Positions 36,932 through 48,100 of a stretch of 64,000 nt of DNA are shown here, in pieces. The position numbers were made by a program, and so were the translations under genes. Origin of the DNA: a virus. Lineage: Duplodnaviria; Caudoviricetes. The notes under the pieces were generated by a model. It was given only the letters and a program-made list of their open reading frames with translations. It ran no database searches and had not been told where the DNA came from. The stretch is taken from the IMG/VR virus record IMGVR_UViG_3300050123_000025, positions 300 through 64,299 of that record. The stretch is one strand, 5' to 3'. Positions within the stretch are counted from its first letter, which is position 1. Each line of letters begins with the position of its first letter.

Positions 36932-39238
36932 ATGTATTACTTTGATTTTAGCAATATAGATTTCAGTAATTTTTCCTTTCGACCATATAGCCTTTATAAC
37001 GAGGGACATTCGGATATTGTAGGAAGCGCAACAGTAGTTGCCAATGCTAAAACGATTATGTATTGTAGTTCGGATATTGCTGGAAACGCTTCCATAGTCG
37101 TAACAGGAAGCCATATATATTTTAGAATCTATGGTGATTCTGATATAGCAACCGGAGGGACAATAACTTCCGATTCCTTATTAAAGCATTACGGAAGGCT
37201 TAACACTTTGCAGGGTACTGGTGGAGTAACTGCCAATGCGAAAAGAACTGCCTTTGTTTACTGCGACATTGATATTGCTGGAAATGGCTCGCTACTCGTA
37301 ATTGGCAGTAGTTTAAGTAGCATTTTGCGCGGTGTTTCTGATATAGCGAGCACGGGGGAATTAAACTCTTATAGTCTATTGAAACATTATGGCAAAATAA
37401 GCCCTTTGCAAGGCACAGGCGTACTTGTTAGTGATGGGATGGTTAAGGTATACGCAATAGTCGGTATATCTGGTCATGCAGACATGAATCTGGACAGTAT
37501 CGAAAAGATGTTTGAAGAAGCAAGAATTGTCGGAACGGGCAATGTTCAATCTAATTCGGTTTTAAGGTGGATGGGAAACAGTGACATAACTGCAACTGCT
37601 TCCGTGGGAGGTGATTCCAAATTGACAATAACAGGAAATGTAGCAATTATAGCTACAGCTAATTTACAAGCCAACAATATTATGTATTTAAGGGCAGACT
37701 TGACCGATGCCGACACATATTCATTCCCCTTTGATGACAAAACATTCATTTATAACGGCACAGACTTTCTTTATTACGATGGCACCAAGATAGGCAAAGT
37801 GATTGATATTGCTTATGTACCGACTGTCAGCAACAAGCGCACACCGGCAGGAGTAGGGGTAATAGGTGAGCAATTAAACTTCCTGTCACCCTCATGGAAA
37901 GATAGTTTTAACGGTACGGCGAGCGATACGGCCTATAAATTGAGTTATGTCGCTGATTCGGTGGCAGTTTACACTAATGGCGTGTTGGTGGCACCTGCTG
38001 ACTATACCTTCCCTACTGGTGGTACGGATTACACGGTCGTTACCTTTGGTGTTGCACAGGGCGAAGGCGTTGACAATGTAGTGATAACCGGTACTAAAGC
38101 AGAATTGACAGACCCAACAGTGATAACTAGATGCACTCAATTTATTGTTTACGGTGGCAAGAATGACAACCGAGTATTCGCCTGTAGGCTAAATGTTCGC
38201 TATCACAGTGGGCTTGAAGATGCAACCTATTGGCCCATAGATGCCTTTGAGATCATAACCAGTGATGCGGAGGATATAACCGGCTTCGGCAAGATGATAG
38301 ACTATTTGATTAACCTTAAAAAGCGAAGTTTGACCTACACTGATATTGAACAAGACAGCGGGCTATTTAACGGCACCACTATCTGGCCTGTCTACCCGCT
38401 CAACGATGAGTTTGGCTGCATAGCCAAAGACACCATAAAGTCCGTGAATAACGGGCTTATTTTTTTGGCAGGAACAAACGAGGGTTCTCCGGCTGGCGTG
38501 GCTTTTCTGTCAACCTCCGCGGTAAGGGATCAGTTGAATGTCCAGATTATTAGCAGGGACATAAACACTTCGGTGGACTTGACATTACTTGGTTTATTGG
38601 ACTACACAGATGCCGAACTGACAGGGGCTAAAGCTTATATTTACGACGATAAATACTGGCTCAAAGTTGGTGATCGGTGCTGGATATTGGACTTAAGGAT
38701 GAGCAACTTCTCACAGGGCTTGTTTTGCTGGTATCCGTATGATGGAAAACCTGCTGATGCTAACTGCTTCCTTAATTACAGCGGGCATTTGTATTTAGGT
38801 GATGATACAACAGGGTTAATCTACAAGGATAACGCAGGATTGGCAAGTAATGAAGCGGCCAATGAGGATGGAGCGGCACTAGACTTCTATTGGACTTCTC
38901 CCCTCGTCTCATGTGGCACTCGCACATGGACCAAGGACTTCGAGGAACTATTTATCAGTTTTGGCCGGGAAATCAGTGGGCATAATGCACTAACCTTTAT
39001 CACTGATGATGGCAAAGAAGTAGTCATAGTTACTGTTCAGGCTGCTCAAATATTCGATTTTGGTAATATTGACTTTGCCAATTGGTCATTCGGGTCAAAT
39101 CCTTATCCATCGACACAGCCCGAGATAGTGGGTTATTCATCTGAATACCTACAGTGGAAGATACAGAATAACGTATTGGACGAGGGGCTTATTATTCTGG
39201 CACAAGAACTGACATATCGCATAGGAGAAAGAGTTTAA
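36932..39238 (+). CDS. Repeat-rich N-domain fused to remainder of tail nozzle (beta-propeller)
   Basis: About 250 aa G/S/I/A repeats then DKTFIYNG, AYVPT, YGGKNDNRVF, GCIAKDT, YWL. Confidence 0.75.
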   Translation: MYYFDFSNIDFSNFSFRPYSLYNEGHSDIVGSATVVANAKTIMYCSSDIAGNASIVVTGSHIYFRIYGDSDIATGGTITSDSLLKHYGRLNTLQGTGGVTANAKRTAFVYCDIDIAGNGSLLVIGSSLSSILRGVSDIASTGELNSYSLLKHYGKISPLQGTGVLVSDGMVKVYAIVGISGHADMNLDSIEKMFEEARIVGTGNVQSNSVLRWMGNSDITATASVGGDSKLTITGNVAIIATANLQANNIMYLRADLTDADTYSFPFDDKTFIYNGTDFLYYDGTKIGKVIDIAYVPTVSNKRTPAGVGVIGEQLNFLSPSWKDSFNGTASDTAYKLSYVADSVAVYTNGVLVAPADYTFPTGGTDYTVVTFGVAQGEGVDNVVITGTKAELTDPTVITRCTQFIVYGGKNDNRVFACRLNVRYHSGLEDATYWPIDAFEIITSDAEDITGFGKMIDYLINLKKRSLTYTDIEQDSGLFNGTTIWPVYPLNDEFGCIAKDTIKSVNNGLIFLAGTNEGSPAGVAFLSTSAVRDQLNVQIISRDINTSVDLTLLGLLDYTDAELTGAKAYIYDDKYWLKVGDRCWILDLRMSNFSQGLFCWYPYDGKPADANCFLNYSGHLYLGDDTTGLIYKDNAGLASNEAANEDGAALDFYWTSPLVSCGTRTWTKDFEELFISFGREISGHNALTFITDDGKEVVIVTVQAAQIFDFGNIDFANWSFGSNPYPSTQPEIVGYSSEYLQWKIQNNVLDEGLIILAQELTYRIGERV

Positions 39239-39254
39239 GAAATGAGGTGACTAA

Positions 39255-41237
39255 ATGGCATTGACAAAACAAGGGACTTTTATCGATAGGTTTACAACTT
39301 TAACGGATAAACCCAATAAGACTGCGACAGAGATGAAGGCATTATTCGAGAGTCAACCGGCAGAATTAAAAACTACATTGAATAATGCACTTGACCTACT
39401 AATGGCAACTACAGATGGGGCTAGTGGTGCGGATAATATCGGGGTAACTGCAATAACCGGCTGGGCGGGCGTGACGCCACAGGCGATATTGGAGAGTGCA
39501 AAAACTGATGTTGACGGTAAAATAGCTAAGACGTTACTTTCGGCACAGGGCGATATGTTATATGCTTCGGGTGCTGGAACTCCTGCGAAGTTAGCGAAGG
39601 GCACAGCTGGGCAGGTATTAGAGATGAATCCGGGAGCTACCGCGCCACAGTGGGGAAATACTGCGCTTGGTGTACATCAGGCTGATAGTGCGACAGACAT
39701 AAAAAATCAAGGGGCAGTTGCTACGTTAGATAGTACAACAGCAGTACAAAATTCCATTAATTTGGGTAACAATGTTAATGTTCCGTTTGGAAAATACCCA
39801 ATAACTGCTGTTGACAATAAATATGGAATACCATTTGAAGGGATAGGGGCTATTGTTTTAAATAGCGTGGATGAGATAAAAGTAAATAGTCTCTCTAAAA
39901 AGGATTTGATATTTGGGTTAGAATACTTATCTTATTTCCATAAAAAAATAATGGCACGAACCTCGGCGTTTGAAATTTTAAAAATAGTTTTTAGTGGAGA
40001 CAGTACAACATTAGGCACAAGTATAGTTGATCCAAATAACACACTTAGTAATTTAATGGCATTTATGTGTAAAGTTAAGGGTATCCCGAATGTTACAACG
40101 ATTAATAATGGACAAAGCGGCATGGATACTGAGCATTGGAATCAAACTTATTATAATACAGACTTAACCTCCGCTCCTGATGTATTAGTTTTAAGATGGG
40201 GTCTGAATGATCCGGGTCTTTCTATTGCTACAAATATAGCTTTGGGAAGTGTTGATGTAATTACTCCTGCCTTAGATGCACAAAGACGTGGAGTAATTGA
40301 GTTTACAACATCTTTAAGAGCAGGATTAACAAAGGTTAGAGCAAGTAAAACTTCAACACAAATGTCGATTATTTTAATGACACCAAATAGTACGAGCGAT
40401 ACACCGAACAGAAGAAACGAAATATGGCACGAATCAATTAACAATGTAATTCGTCAAGCTGCAAGGGATTTCCAATGTGTTTTTATCGATACCTACCAAT
40501 TATTTCAAGATAGTAGAAATGCTCCTGCTAGTAATTACATGGATTTATCTTACACTGGCTTACCTTCTCCACTTAGACATGTTCATCCCCTTGATGTTAT
40601 GAATTATTGGATAACTTCTAAGATATTTGATGTTTTGTTCCCAACCGCTATATTAGCGAAATTTGGTGTAAATAATGTTACTAATATTAGTAGTGCTAAC
40701 TTGATAAAAAGTGTAAATGATTTACCTTCAACTTATCCATACGGAATAAGTATGTATAGATGCCTTGATGCTCCTTTTTCTGGGGAATTACTCACCTTTA
40801 AAAGTGCAGATGATATTGTATATCAAATTAATTCTGGTTATATAGACACACTTGGGTTACAACAAATGGCGCACAGAATTAAATTAATGTCGGTCAGTGG
40901 AGTTGGTGATACATGGGGAGGATGGATAACTGCTACTCCAATTTTGCAAACACCAACATTGACAAATAGTTGGACAAATGATGTATCTCCTTGGCAAGCT
41001 ACACAATATTACAAAGATAATAATAATATTGTGCATATACAAGGTAGATTGATAGGTGGAACCCCTGGAACTTCTAGTATGGCTTTTTTATTGCCAGCAG
41101 GATTTATGCCCTTAGGTAATCAAATGTTTAATATAGGTAGTAATAAAGTATGGGTTACTAAAGATGGCTGGGTAGTAATGTATTCTGGAGCATTGCCATT
41201 TGACTTGGGGGGAATTAGTTTTTTTGCTGAACATTAG
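39255..41237 (+). CDS. Tail fibre/spike with SGNH esterase domain
   Basis: N-terminal LTDKP...EMKALFE anchor; GDST, NNGQSG, WGLND, HVHP. Confidence 0.8.
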   Translation: MALTKQGTFIDRFTTLTDKPNKTATEMKALFESQPAELKTTLNNALDLLMATTDGASGADNIGVTAITGWAGVTPQAILESAKTDVDGKIAKTLLSAQGDMLYASGAGTPAKLAKGTAGQVLEMNPGATAPQWGNTALGVHQADSATDIKNQGAVATLDSTTAVQNSINLGNNVNVPFGKYPITAVDNKYGIPFEGIGAIVLNSVDEIKVNSLSKKDLIFGLEYLSYFHKKIMARTSAFEILKIVFSGDSTTLGTSIVDPNNTLSNLMAFMCKVKGIPNVTTINNGQSGMDTEHWNQTYYNTDLTSAPDVLVLRWGLNDPGLSIATNIALGSVDVITPALDAQRRGVIEFTTSLRAGLTKVRASKTSTQMSIILMTPNSTSDTPNRRNEIWHESINNVIRQAARDFQCVFIDTYQLFQDSRNAPASNYMDLSYTGLPSPLRHVHPLDVMNYWITSKIFDVLFPTAILAKFGVNNVTNISSANLIKSVNDLPSTYPYGISMYRCLDAPFSGELLTFKSADDIVYQINSGYIDTLGLQQMAHRIKLMSVSGVGDTWGGWITATPILQTPTLTNSWTNDVSPWQATQYYKDNNNIVHIQGRLIGGTPGTSSMAFLLPAGFMPLGNQMFNIGSNKVWVTKDGWVVMYSGALPFDLGGISFFAEH

Positions 41238-41399
41238 ACTAATGGTAGTATAATAGTCGGAGCGTCCAACTGGACGGTATAGATGTTAATTTTGCAGGAG
41301 TTAGCTTTTATACTATCTATGTCGTAGTCGGATTAAATTAGCATGTAAAATAAAGGATTTTCACCTCATATGTAAAATAATATGTATGAGGTGAAATGT

Positions 41400-42131
41400 A
41401 TGAAAATTACTAATTTAAAACGAAAACTAATAGTGGAAATAGTATTAATTTTATTGCTATTTGGAAGTATATTTTGTTATAGCAGAGGGGGAACATCTTA
41501 TGTTACATTTGAAGTTTTAACTAAGACATACTATAGAGTCAACAATCACAATAATATTGATGGCGGAATCGTGTTTTTAGGTGACAGTATAACTTCTAAT
41601 GTTAACTGGAATGCATTGTTTAATAACGGTAATATTGTAAATAGGGGTGTTTCTGGAAATAAAATCACTGATATTATTGAAAGATTAGATGAGGTTACAA
41701 AATCAAAACCTAAAAAAATATTTTTATTAATAGGAATAAATGATATAGAAAATCCTATAAATTCGATTAATCAGATTTCTTCTATTCAAATGAACAATGC
41801 AATAAATAATTATAGTGTTTTAATCAGCAATATTATGAAAGAATCTCCTCAAACTAAACTATATCTTGAAAGTATAATGCCAGTTAACAATGAAATGATT
41901 GAAGAAAGCTATAGTAAAAATAAAATGTACAACTTCCATATTAATGAATTGGATGTAAAAGAATTCAATACTAATATTAAACAGATAGCATTAAAAAATA
42001 ATTTAACTTTTCTTGATTTACATTCAGCATTTTTACCAAATTTACAAACTAAATATACTTATGATGGATTGCACCCAAATACAACAGGATATTTAGTCAT
42101 AGAAAAATACTTAAAACAATATGTGCATTAA
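41400..42131 (+). CDS. Membrane-anchored GDSL/SGNH hydrolase (AT-rich moron)
   Basis: TM helix; FLGDSIT, NRGVSG, IGIND, DGLHP. Confidence 0.88.
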   Translation: MKITNLKRKLIVEIVLILLLFGSIFCYSRGGTSYVTFEVLTKTYYRVNNHNNIDGGIVFLGDSITSNVNWNALFNNGNIVNRGVSGNKITDIIERLDEVTKSKPKKIFLLIGINDIENPINSINQISSIQMNNAINNYSVLISNIMKESPQTKLYLESIMPVNNEMIEESYSKNKMYNFHINELDVKEFNTNIKQIALKNNLTFLDLHSAFLPNLQTKYTYDGLHPNTTGYLVIEKYLKQYVH

Positions 42132-42166
42132 TACACAGTAGACAGTTTAAGCGCACTACCAGTCCC

Positions 42167-42189
42167 GAGCCTAACGGGCTCTTTTTTTA
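42167..42189 (+). terminator. Intrinsic terminator
   Basis: GAGCC-TAACG-GGCTC-TTTTTTT. Confidence 0.7.
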
Positions 42190-42219
42190 TGCCCATTTTT
42201 CCCGAAAGGAAGTGATTAA

Positions 42220-43026
42220 ATGGCAACAAATACTTACGCATCGGCTATGAACTTAGCCAACCAAGTAAACCCAGTTAACTATGACGAACTGAAAAACCAG
42301 ATAACTTCGGCCAATACCGCTTACACCCCGAAATACCAAGACACTAACACGATCAGCCAAATCACGCAGGATTACATGAAGAACCTGCAACCTGTCTATG
42401 ATGCGAGTGCCAACAAGATAAACCAGAACTATGATGTTACTCAAAATCAAGGTTTGCAGTTCATGGCAGACAAAGGGCTTTCTCGGTCTGGTGCGAATTT
42501 CGATAATCTTAGTACCAATAATCAGAACCGGAATAACGCGCTAAACGAAGCCAATGCCAACTTGACACAGCAGGCGGTATCTAATGCTACCAACGTAGCG
42601 AATCTAGGATTGTCGGAGCAGAATCAAGTGCAGAATCAAAAGAACACGGCGGTTAGTCAGTTGTCCGACCTACTAAGTCAGTACAATAATGCTCAACAGC
42701 AGAATCAGCAGAATCAGTACACGGAGGCGGGGTTGACTGGTAATTATGGTGGTGCACAGACTTTACCGGCGCAACAGTTAGCCAGCCAGATAGCAAGTGC
42801 CAATGCGGGACTTACAGGCACCTACAATGGACAGCAGACACTAGATGCACAGAATCAGGCGGCCACCATAGCCTATAACCAGCAACAGCAGAAGTTAGCG
42901 CAGTTGCAGGCATTGTTGAGCTATAACCTGGGAGTTGGTGGGATAACCGATAACCTGCCTACTACTAGCGGTTTTACTTATGGTGATAGTATGACCCAAC
43001 TTTTGAAACAGTTGGGGTTGGCTTAG
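42220..43026 (+). CDS. Internal virion/ejection protein (N/Q/A-rich)
   Basis: KGLSRSG, AGLTG.Y.G..TL repeats; position. Confidence 0.7.
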   Translation: MATNTYASAMNLANQVNPVNYDELKNQITSANTAYTPKYQDTNTISQITQDYMKNLQPVYDASANKINQNYDVTQNQGLQFMADKGLSRSGANFDNLSTNNQNRNNALNEANANLTQQAVSNATNVANLGLSEQNQVQNQKNTAVSQLSDLLSQYNNAQQQNQQNQYTEAGLTGNYGGAQTLPAQQLASQIASANAGLTGTYNGQQTLDAQNQAATIAYNQQQQKLAQLQALLSYNLGVGGITDNLPTTSGFTYGDSMTQLLKQLGLA

Positions 43027-43098
43027 AATTGTTTTTCAAAAATAGCAGGATATTTTTACATTAATATCGTATACTATCCCTAAAGGAGAGTGACTTAT

Positions 43099-43719
43099 AT
43101 GAAGAAAATCCTGCTGGCGGTAATAATGGTGCTGATGTTTGCTAGTCCGGTGATGGCTGGTACACCTACAATAATCAATGGTGTGGGTATGAATTTGGAG
43201 ACTGTTAATGTTGACAATAGATTATATCTGCCATTAAGAACCATAAGTGAGTTATTGGGATTTGATGTGCAATGGGACGGTACTTTCGTTAGGGTTAATT
43301 CTGCTAAAATGCGTCCTGTTATAACTGGGGATGATAATTTCAAGGATATGATAAATCAGGCATTGGATTTGCTGAAAACTAATGACCCTCCTGACTATGA
43401 AACGATATGTAAGAGTACGAAGGAAATTGTTATAAGGACCGTCAACATTGATACTGAATATGGGGAAGCATATGCCCTTGCAGTGGTTCCGGGGAATATT
43501 GAAATAAGCCCAAAGATATTTACAAGATCCATTGCTTATATCGCAGGCACATTAGTACACGAATCGGCACATTTATGTAATTATAACAATGGTTTTGCTG
43601 ACCGAAAATTAAATGAAAATATTGGCTATCTGCGCGAAATAGCAACTTTGCGAATACTCGGTGCGTCACAGCAAGACATAGACGATACGGAAAGAACCAG
43701 ATTAATAGGAATAAAATAA
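43099..43719 (+). CDS. Secreted Cu-amine-oxidase-N-like domain + HEXXH metallopeptidase (moron)
   Basis: Signal peptide; RLYLPLRTISELLGFDVQWD; LVHESAH. Confidence 0.78.
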   Translation: MKKILLAVIMVLMFASPVMAGTPTIINGVGMNLETVNVDNRLYLPLRTISELLGFDVQWDGTFVRVNSAKMRPVITGDDNFKDMINQALDLLKTNDPPDYETICKSTKEIVIRTVNIDTEYGEAYALAVVPGNIEISPKIFTRSIAYIAGTLVHESAHLCNYNNGFADRKLNENIGYLREIATLRILGASQQDIDDTERTRLIGIK

Positions 43720-43802
43720 TCTTAAAACGAAACAAAGTCTAATTGAGAGTCTTAACGAGGCTCTTTTTTTGTGTCCTTTTTTAAAGGAAAGGAAGTGAAT
43801 AA

Positions 43803-45116
43803 ATGGCGATTAACACAAGTGGTTTAAGTGGATATGCGCTGGCTTATGCCAATGCTGCAAATAAGGGTGCTAATTCTACGCAGGCTACTCAAGCGGCTAA
43901 TACTACAAGTTATGGCAACTCCGCAGGACCGACAACTAATGCCCAAAAATCCCAAGCTCTAACAGGCAGTAATTATTCCGTAGTCCCTGGAACGACTGGA
44001 CTCATTGCAAGTTCATTAATTCCGCCTAGTAATTCAAGTAATAGTTCTTCGCTAATTCCGCAGTCTCAATCTTGGCAACAGGCACTAGAATCTTATAAAA
44101 ATAATCCGTCAGCTGCCACCGCCGAGATTCAGAGGGCAGGGGTTGTATATAATCAGAAAATGGCAACAGGGGATATCGTTGGAGCCAATGCCGCTCATAC
44201 ATGGGCTAACCAAATCAGGGATGCTTCTGGATTAGTGGCGGGCAAAGACTATAACCCTATGAGTGGTGCGTCTCTTGCTCCTATTTCCCTAATTCCTCCA
44301 GCCCCACTGGCACCTCCCCCATTAGTCCCTGACCCGATTTTGCCGCCACTAACAGAATTGCCGAAGTTCGACTATCAACAGCAACCGTTTCAATATACGC
44401 CGCCTAACTACAGCATAACTGCAGACCCGAGCAAGACCAGTTTTATCCCGACTTCGCACGCAAAGGATAGATGGGTACAGCAGGAGCAGTTGAACGCTGA
44501 TAATGCGTACAAGGGCTATACTGCCGGTACAGGGGCATGGGATAGGGCGTACAAGGCTGGGCAGGATACTTACGCTAACAATGTGTCTCTCCTACCTTAT
44601 GAGAAATTAACGGTAGCACAACAGGCAGACGTGGCCATGAATGATGCTAAGGCTAAGACAGATGCTACAAATACAGCATATACAGCAGCGGCTAACAGGT
44701 GGACCGCCCTCGGGTATGTGGGCAATGATACCGATGCAGCAATACTAGGAGTAGCAAAGGGAACACAAACTAATGATGCCAGTTACCGAGATGCAACACT
44801 GGCGGCACAGCAGGTAAAAAGTAGTGGTTCTGGCGGTGGTTCGTCAAGTGGCGGCGGTTCGTCAAGTGGAGATAGTAGCGCAGTTAGTGTAAAAGCCAGC
44901 AAGGATATGGCAGATGGAATTGTCGCTGATATGCAAAATGAAAGACTATACTACCTTAAAAATGGTGGCACAGAGAGCGGCATAAACCCAGATTACTCAA
45001 GGTATATCTATGATGCACAAAAGAACGGTGCTTGGGATTCCATAAGTACAACCGATAAGGCGAGGGTACTTGCGCTGGCTAATACTTTAGCAAGTGGTCA
45101 ATCAAGTGGTCAATAA
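43803..45116 (+). CDS. Internal virion/ejection protein
   Basis: Low complexity; AHTWANQIR, LGYV...AAILGV; SGGG linker. Confidence 0.7.
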   Translation: MAINTSGLSGYALAYANAANKGANSTQATQAANTTSYGNSAGPTTNAQKSQALTGSNYSVVPGTTGLIASSLIPPSNSSNSSSLIPQSQSWQQALESYKNNPSAATAEIQRAGVVYNQKMATGDIVGANAAHTWANQIRDASGLVAGKDYNPMSGASLAPISLIPPAPLAPPPLVPDPILPPLTELPKFDYQQQPFQYTPPNYSITADPSKTSFIPTSHAKDRWVQQEQLNADNAYKGYTAGTGAWDRAYKAGQDTYANNVSLLPYEKLTVAQQADVAMNDAKAKTDATNTAYTAAANRWTALGYVGNDTDAAILGVAKGTQTNDASYRDATLAAQQVKSSGSGGGSSSGGGSSSGDSSAVSVKASKDMADGIVADMQNERLYYLKNGGTESGINPDYSRYIYDAQKNGAWDSISTTDKARVLALANTLASGQSSGQ

Positions 45117-45141
45117 ATTTCACCTCAAGGGAGGGGATTAA

Positions 45142-48100
45142 ATGGGAAGTTATTTAGACGAAGCTATGCAGAGACATGGTGTGCCGGATAGAACAGATGA
45201 AATAGCGGCGCAGCTGGCACAACAGCAGGCAGTACAACAGCAAGAATTAGCGCAACAATCCGAAGCCGCTAATCTCCAAAACAATGCTAATTTTAAACAG
45301 TTTGAGGCAAGTCAACCGGGGCCAATTGACACGAGTTTTAGTCATTTTGTGGCGCAAGAAAATCCAACCTTTGTGGCAGAACACCCTACACTGTCAAAGG
45401 CACTAGCGACTCCCGGTTATGCCTTACAATCACTAGCCGACTTATTACCGCAACCAGTACAAAACTGGGCGAACCGTGCAGGACAATCTGGTGGCGAAGT
45501 AATGACTTTGGTTGACAATCCGAACAAGGTTGATACGGGAAGTGGACTTGGTAATACTACCGCTGACTTGTTTGGTGGCTTAATGGGTTTTGTTGGCAAT
45601 CCTACTCCCGGCGGGGTAGAAAGCGCAGGGGCTAAATTGTGGCAAGGTGGAGAGCAGGCGATTGGCAAAGTTTTTCCTAGAGTTCTTCCCAATGCCCCTA
45701 AGTTGGCGCAGGACGCATTGAAGATTACGGGAGCTACAATTCCTTATGAATTAACTAATGCCTATGTAAATAACCGTCCTATTAACCCTGCGGAGATGGG
45801 AACGGCAGTGGGTGCGAATGTCTTATTGGCGGGGTTGACTCATGGAATAGGTAAACTCGGCAAGGGTGCCACTAGGGTAGAGCCTGCGGTTGACGGGGTG
45901 GCGCCTACCGCAATAGAAACACCAACAGTAAAGCCAGCAGCTCCTAGTTATATTGAACCGCCTAGTTTTACCAGCGTTGTTGAAGAAATGAAGCCCCGTA
46001 TAAATGAATTGATTACTCCGCCGCTGGAAAGCACAAAAGGGCTAGTTGATTATGTCCATGAGTATTTCGGTGGGCAAATGAGCAAAAACGAGATCCGCAA
46101 AGCTAGTTATGAAGAACTGACAGGCATTGCAGAGAATATAGCCACAGAACGCAAGAAAGATATTTATGGACTTCTGAAAACTGAGGGCGAGAAAAAAGGC
46201 TATAACATTGACCAGTTGTATAAGTTGGAAACTGACCCAGCTTACAAGGCAGAGCATGATCGACTCGCGGAAGTGTCAGGGTTAAGCGATAATGTTCCTC
46301 TCGGAAAAGGTGCAAACCCCGATAGGTCAGTTGCCGCTGACATGGGAACACCATCGGCACAAATGACTGTTGGCTTGGGCAGGGGTGTGAACCCTACTTC
46401 ATCGCTTATACCGCAAAGACCGATTAGGGTGCCGGGGGCTACTCCTGACATTCCACTGGGAAAAATGGAAAGGGGCGTATCTGAAAATATACGAACTGAT
46501 TTTAACCGTCCCCAAGAGATACGAGACAGTTACTCCACTAATCCTGAAATGTACGATCCTTTACGTAATGCCGACAGTCTAGCCAAGGCACAGGTAATAT
46601 TTGATAAAGGACTAGAATCAGCAGCAACCGAACTGAATGGGCTTATAGATACTTACCAACCAGAAGCTGCACCATTAGTCAAGATGATTGCTGATCAATT
46701 GGTGGCTGATGGCAATATAGTAAGGGCAAGAGAATTGTTGTCTAATGCGGCAGTAAAGGCGACCGAAGCAGGACAATTCGGGCAGGCTTTCAGAATACTC
46801 CGAGATTCAGACCCAACAACTTTCCTCCAAACTATTGGCAAGCAATTAAAGAAGCTGAATAAGGAAGGCTTGGAATCTTACGGCAAAAAGTGGAAAGATT
46901 TTGACTTAACGCCCGAAGAATTGGACATGGTAAGTAAAATAGAACGCGGTAATCAACAGTCTTACGAATCAGCATTTGAAACCATAGGCTCAAGAATAGC
47001 CAATGAAATGCCGGCTGATGGATGGGAAAAAGTAAACGCATGGCGGCATATTAGTATGTTACTTAATCCCAAAACGCAAATTCGTAATGTTGGTGGCAAT
47101 TTTATCATGATGGGGATGCGCAGAAGTGCCAAGCAGGTGTCAGCAGTGTTGCAAAATGTATTGTTAAAACCAGAGGAAAGGACGCAGGTATTCAAAATAA
47201 ACAGTGACTACAAACAGGCGGCTACAGCCCACTTTGAAGCTAATAAAAAAGATTTACTAAGCGGGGGCAACAAATATAACGAAGGTGTAAAACTTGGCAT
47301 GTCTGACAAGAGAGTATTCGCAGACCATATAATACCTGATGCAGTTCCTTTGATTGGTGGGAAAAATGTTTCTCTAGAACCTGTTCGGAAATTCACTTAC
47401 AAACTATTAGAGATGGGAGATACGCCGTTTTACAAAGATGCCTATATTAATAGGTTGGCATCATATGCCCAAGCAAGAGGCATAAAGGATTTTTCCAAAT
47501 TGCCACAAGAAGCATTAGCTATTGCAAAGATGGAGGCAGAACAGGCAACGTACAAAGATGCTAGTATTATTGCGGATTTCATTAATAAGTCCAAAAATCC
47601 TAGTAAAAATGCAGGATTGGGAAGAAAGGCGGGTGCTTTGTTAACTGAGGCAGCTTTGCCTTTTACCAAGACCCCTATTAATATCATTGCGCGTGGTGTG
47701 CAGTATAGTCCGATCAGTATATTTACTAACATTTCTAAATGGAAATCGGCAGCAGGAATTGACGAATTAGCTAAAGGATTAACCGGTACAGGTATATTAG
47801 GATTGGGGTATTTGTTGGCAAGCAAAGGGATACTAACGGGCAAGGCTTCAAGTGATCCCGACTTAAAAGCATATGATACAAACACTGGTAATTCGCCCTT
47901 TTCAATCATGGGTAAATTTACCTACGATTGGGCACAACCCTTCAGTGTTCCCCTATCAGTCGGCGTAGAAATCTATAATGCAGTAAAGGATAACCCACAA
48001 GACACCGCGAAAATGAATAGCGTAATTGCAAATAACGATACTTCAAGGCTTCAACAAATGGCCTTAACGGCAGCAAATGGAATAATGGAAGGACTTAATG

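Noticed and set aside
36507-37690. Self-splicing intron explaining the split nozzle gene
   Set aside because: The insert is fully protein-coding with its own RBSs and shows no group I/II motifs.
39255-42200. Diversity-generating retroelement or tail-fibre shufflon
   Set aside because: No reverse transcriptase, no TR/VR pair and no convincing inverted crossover sites or alternative fibre ends seen.
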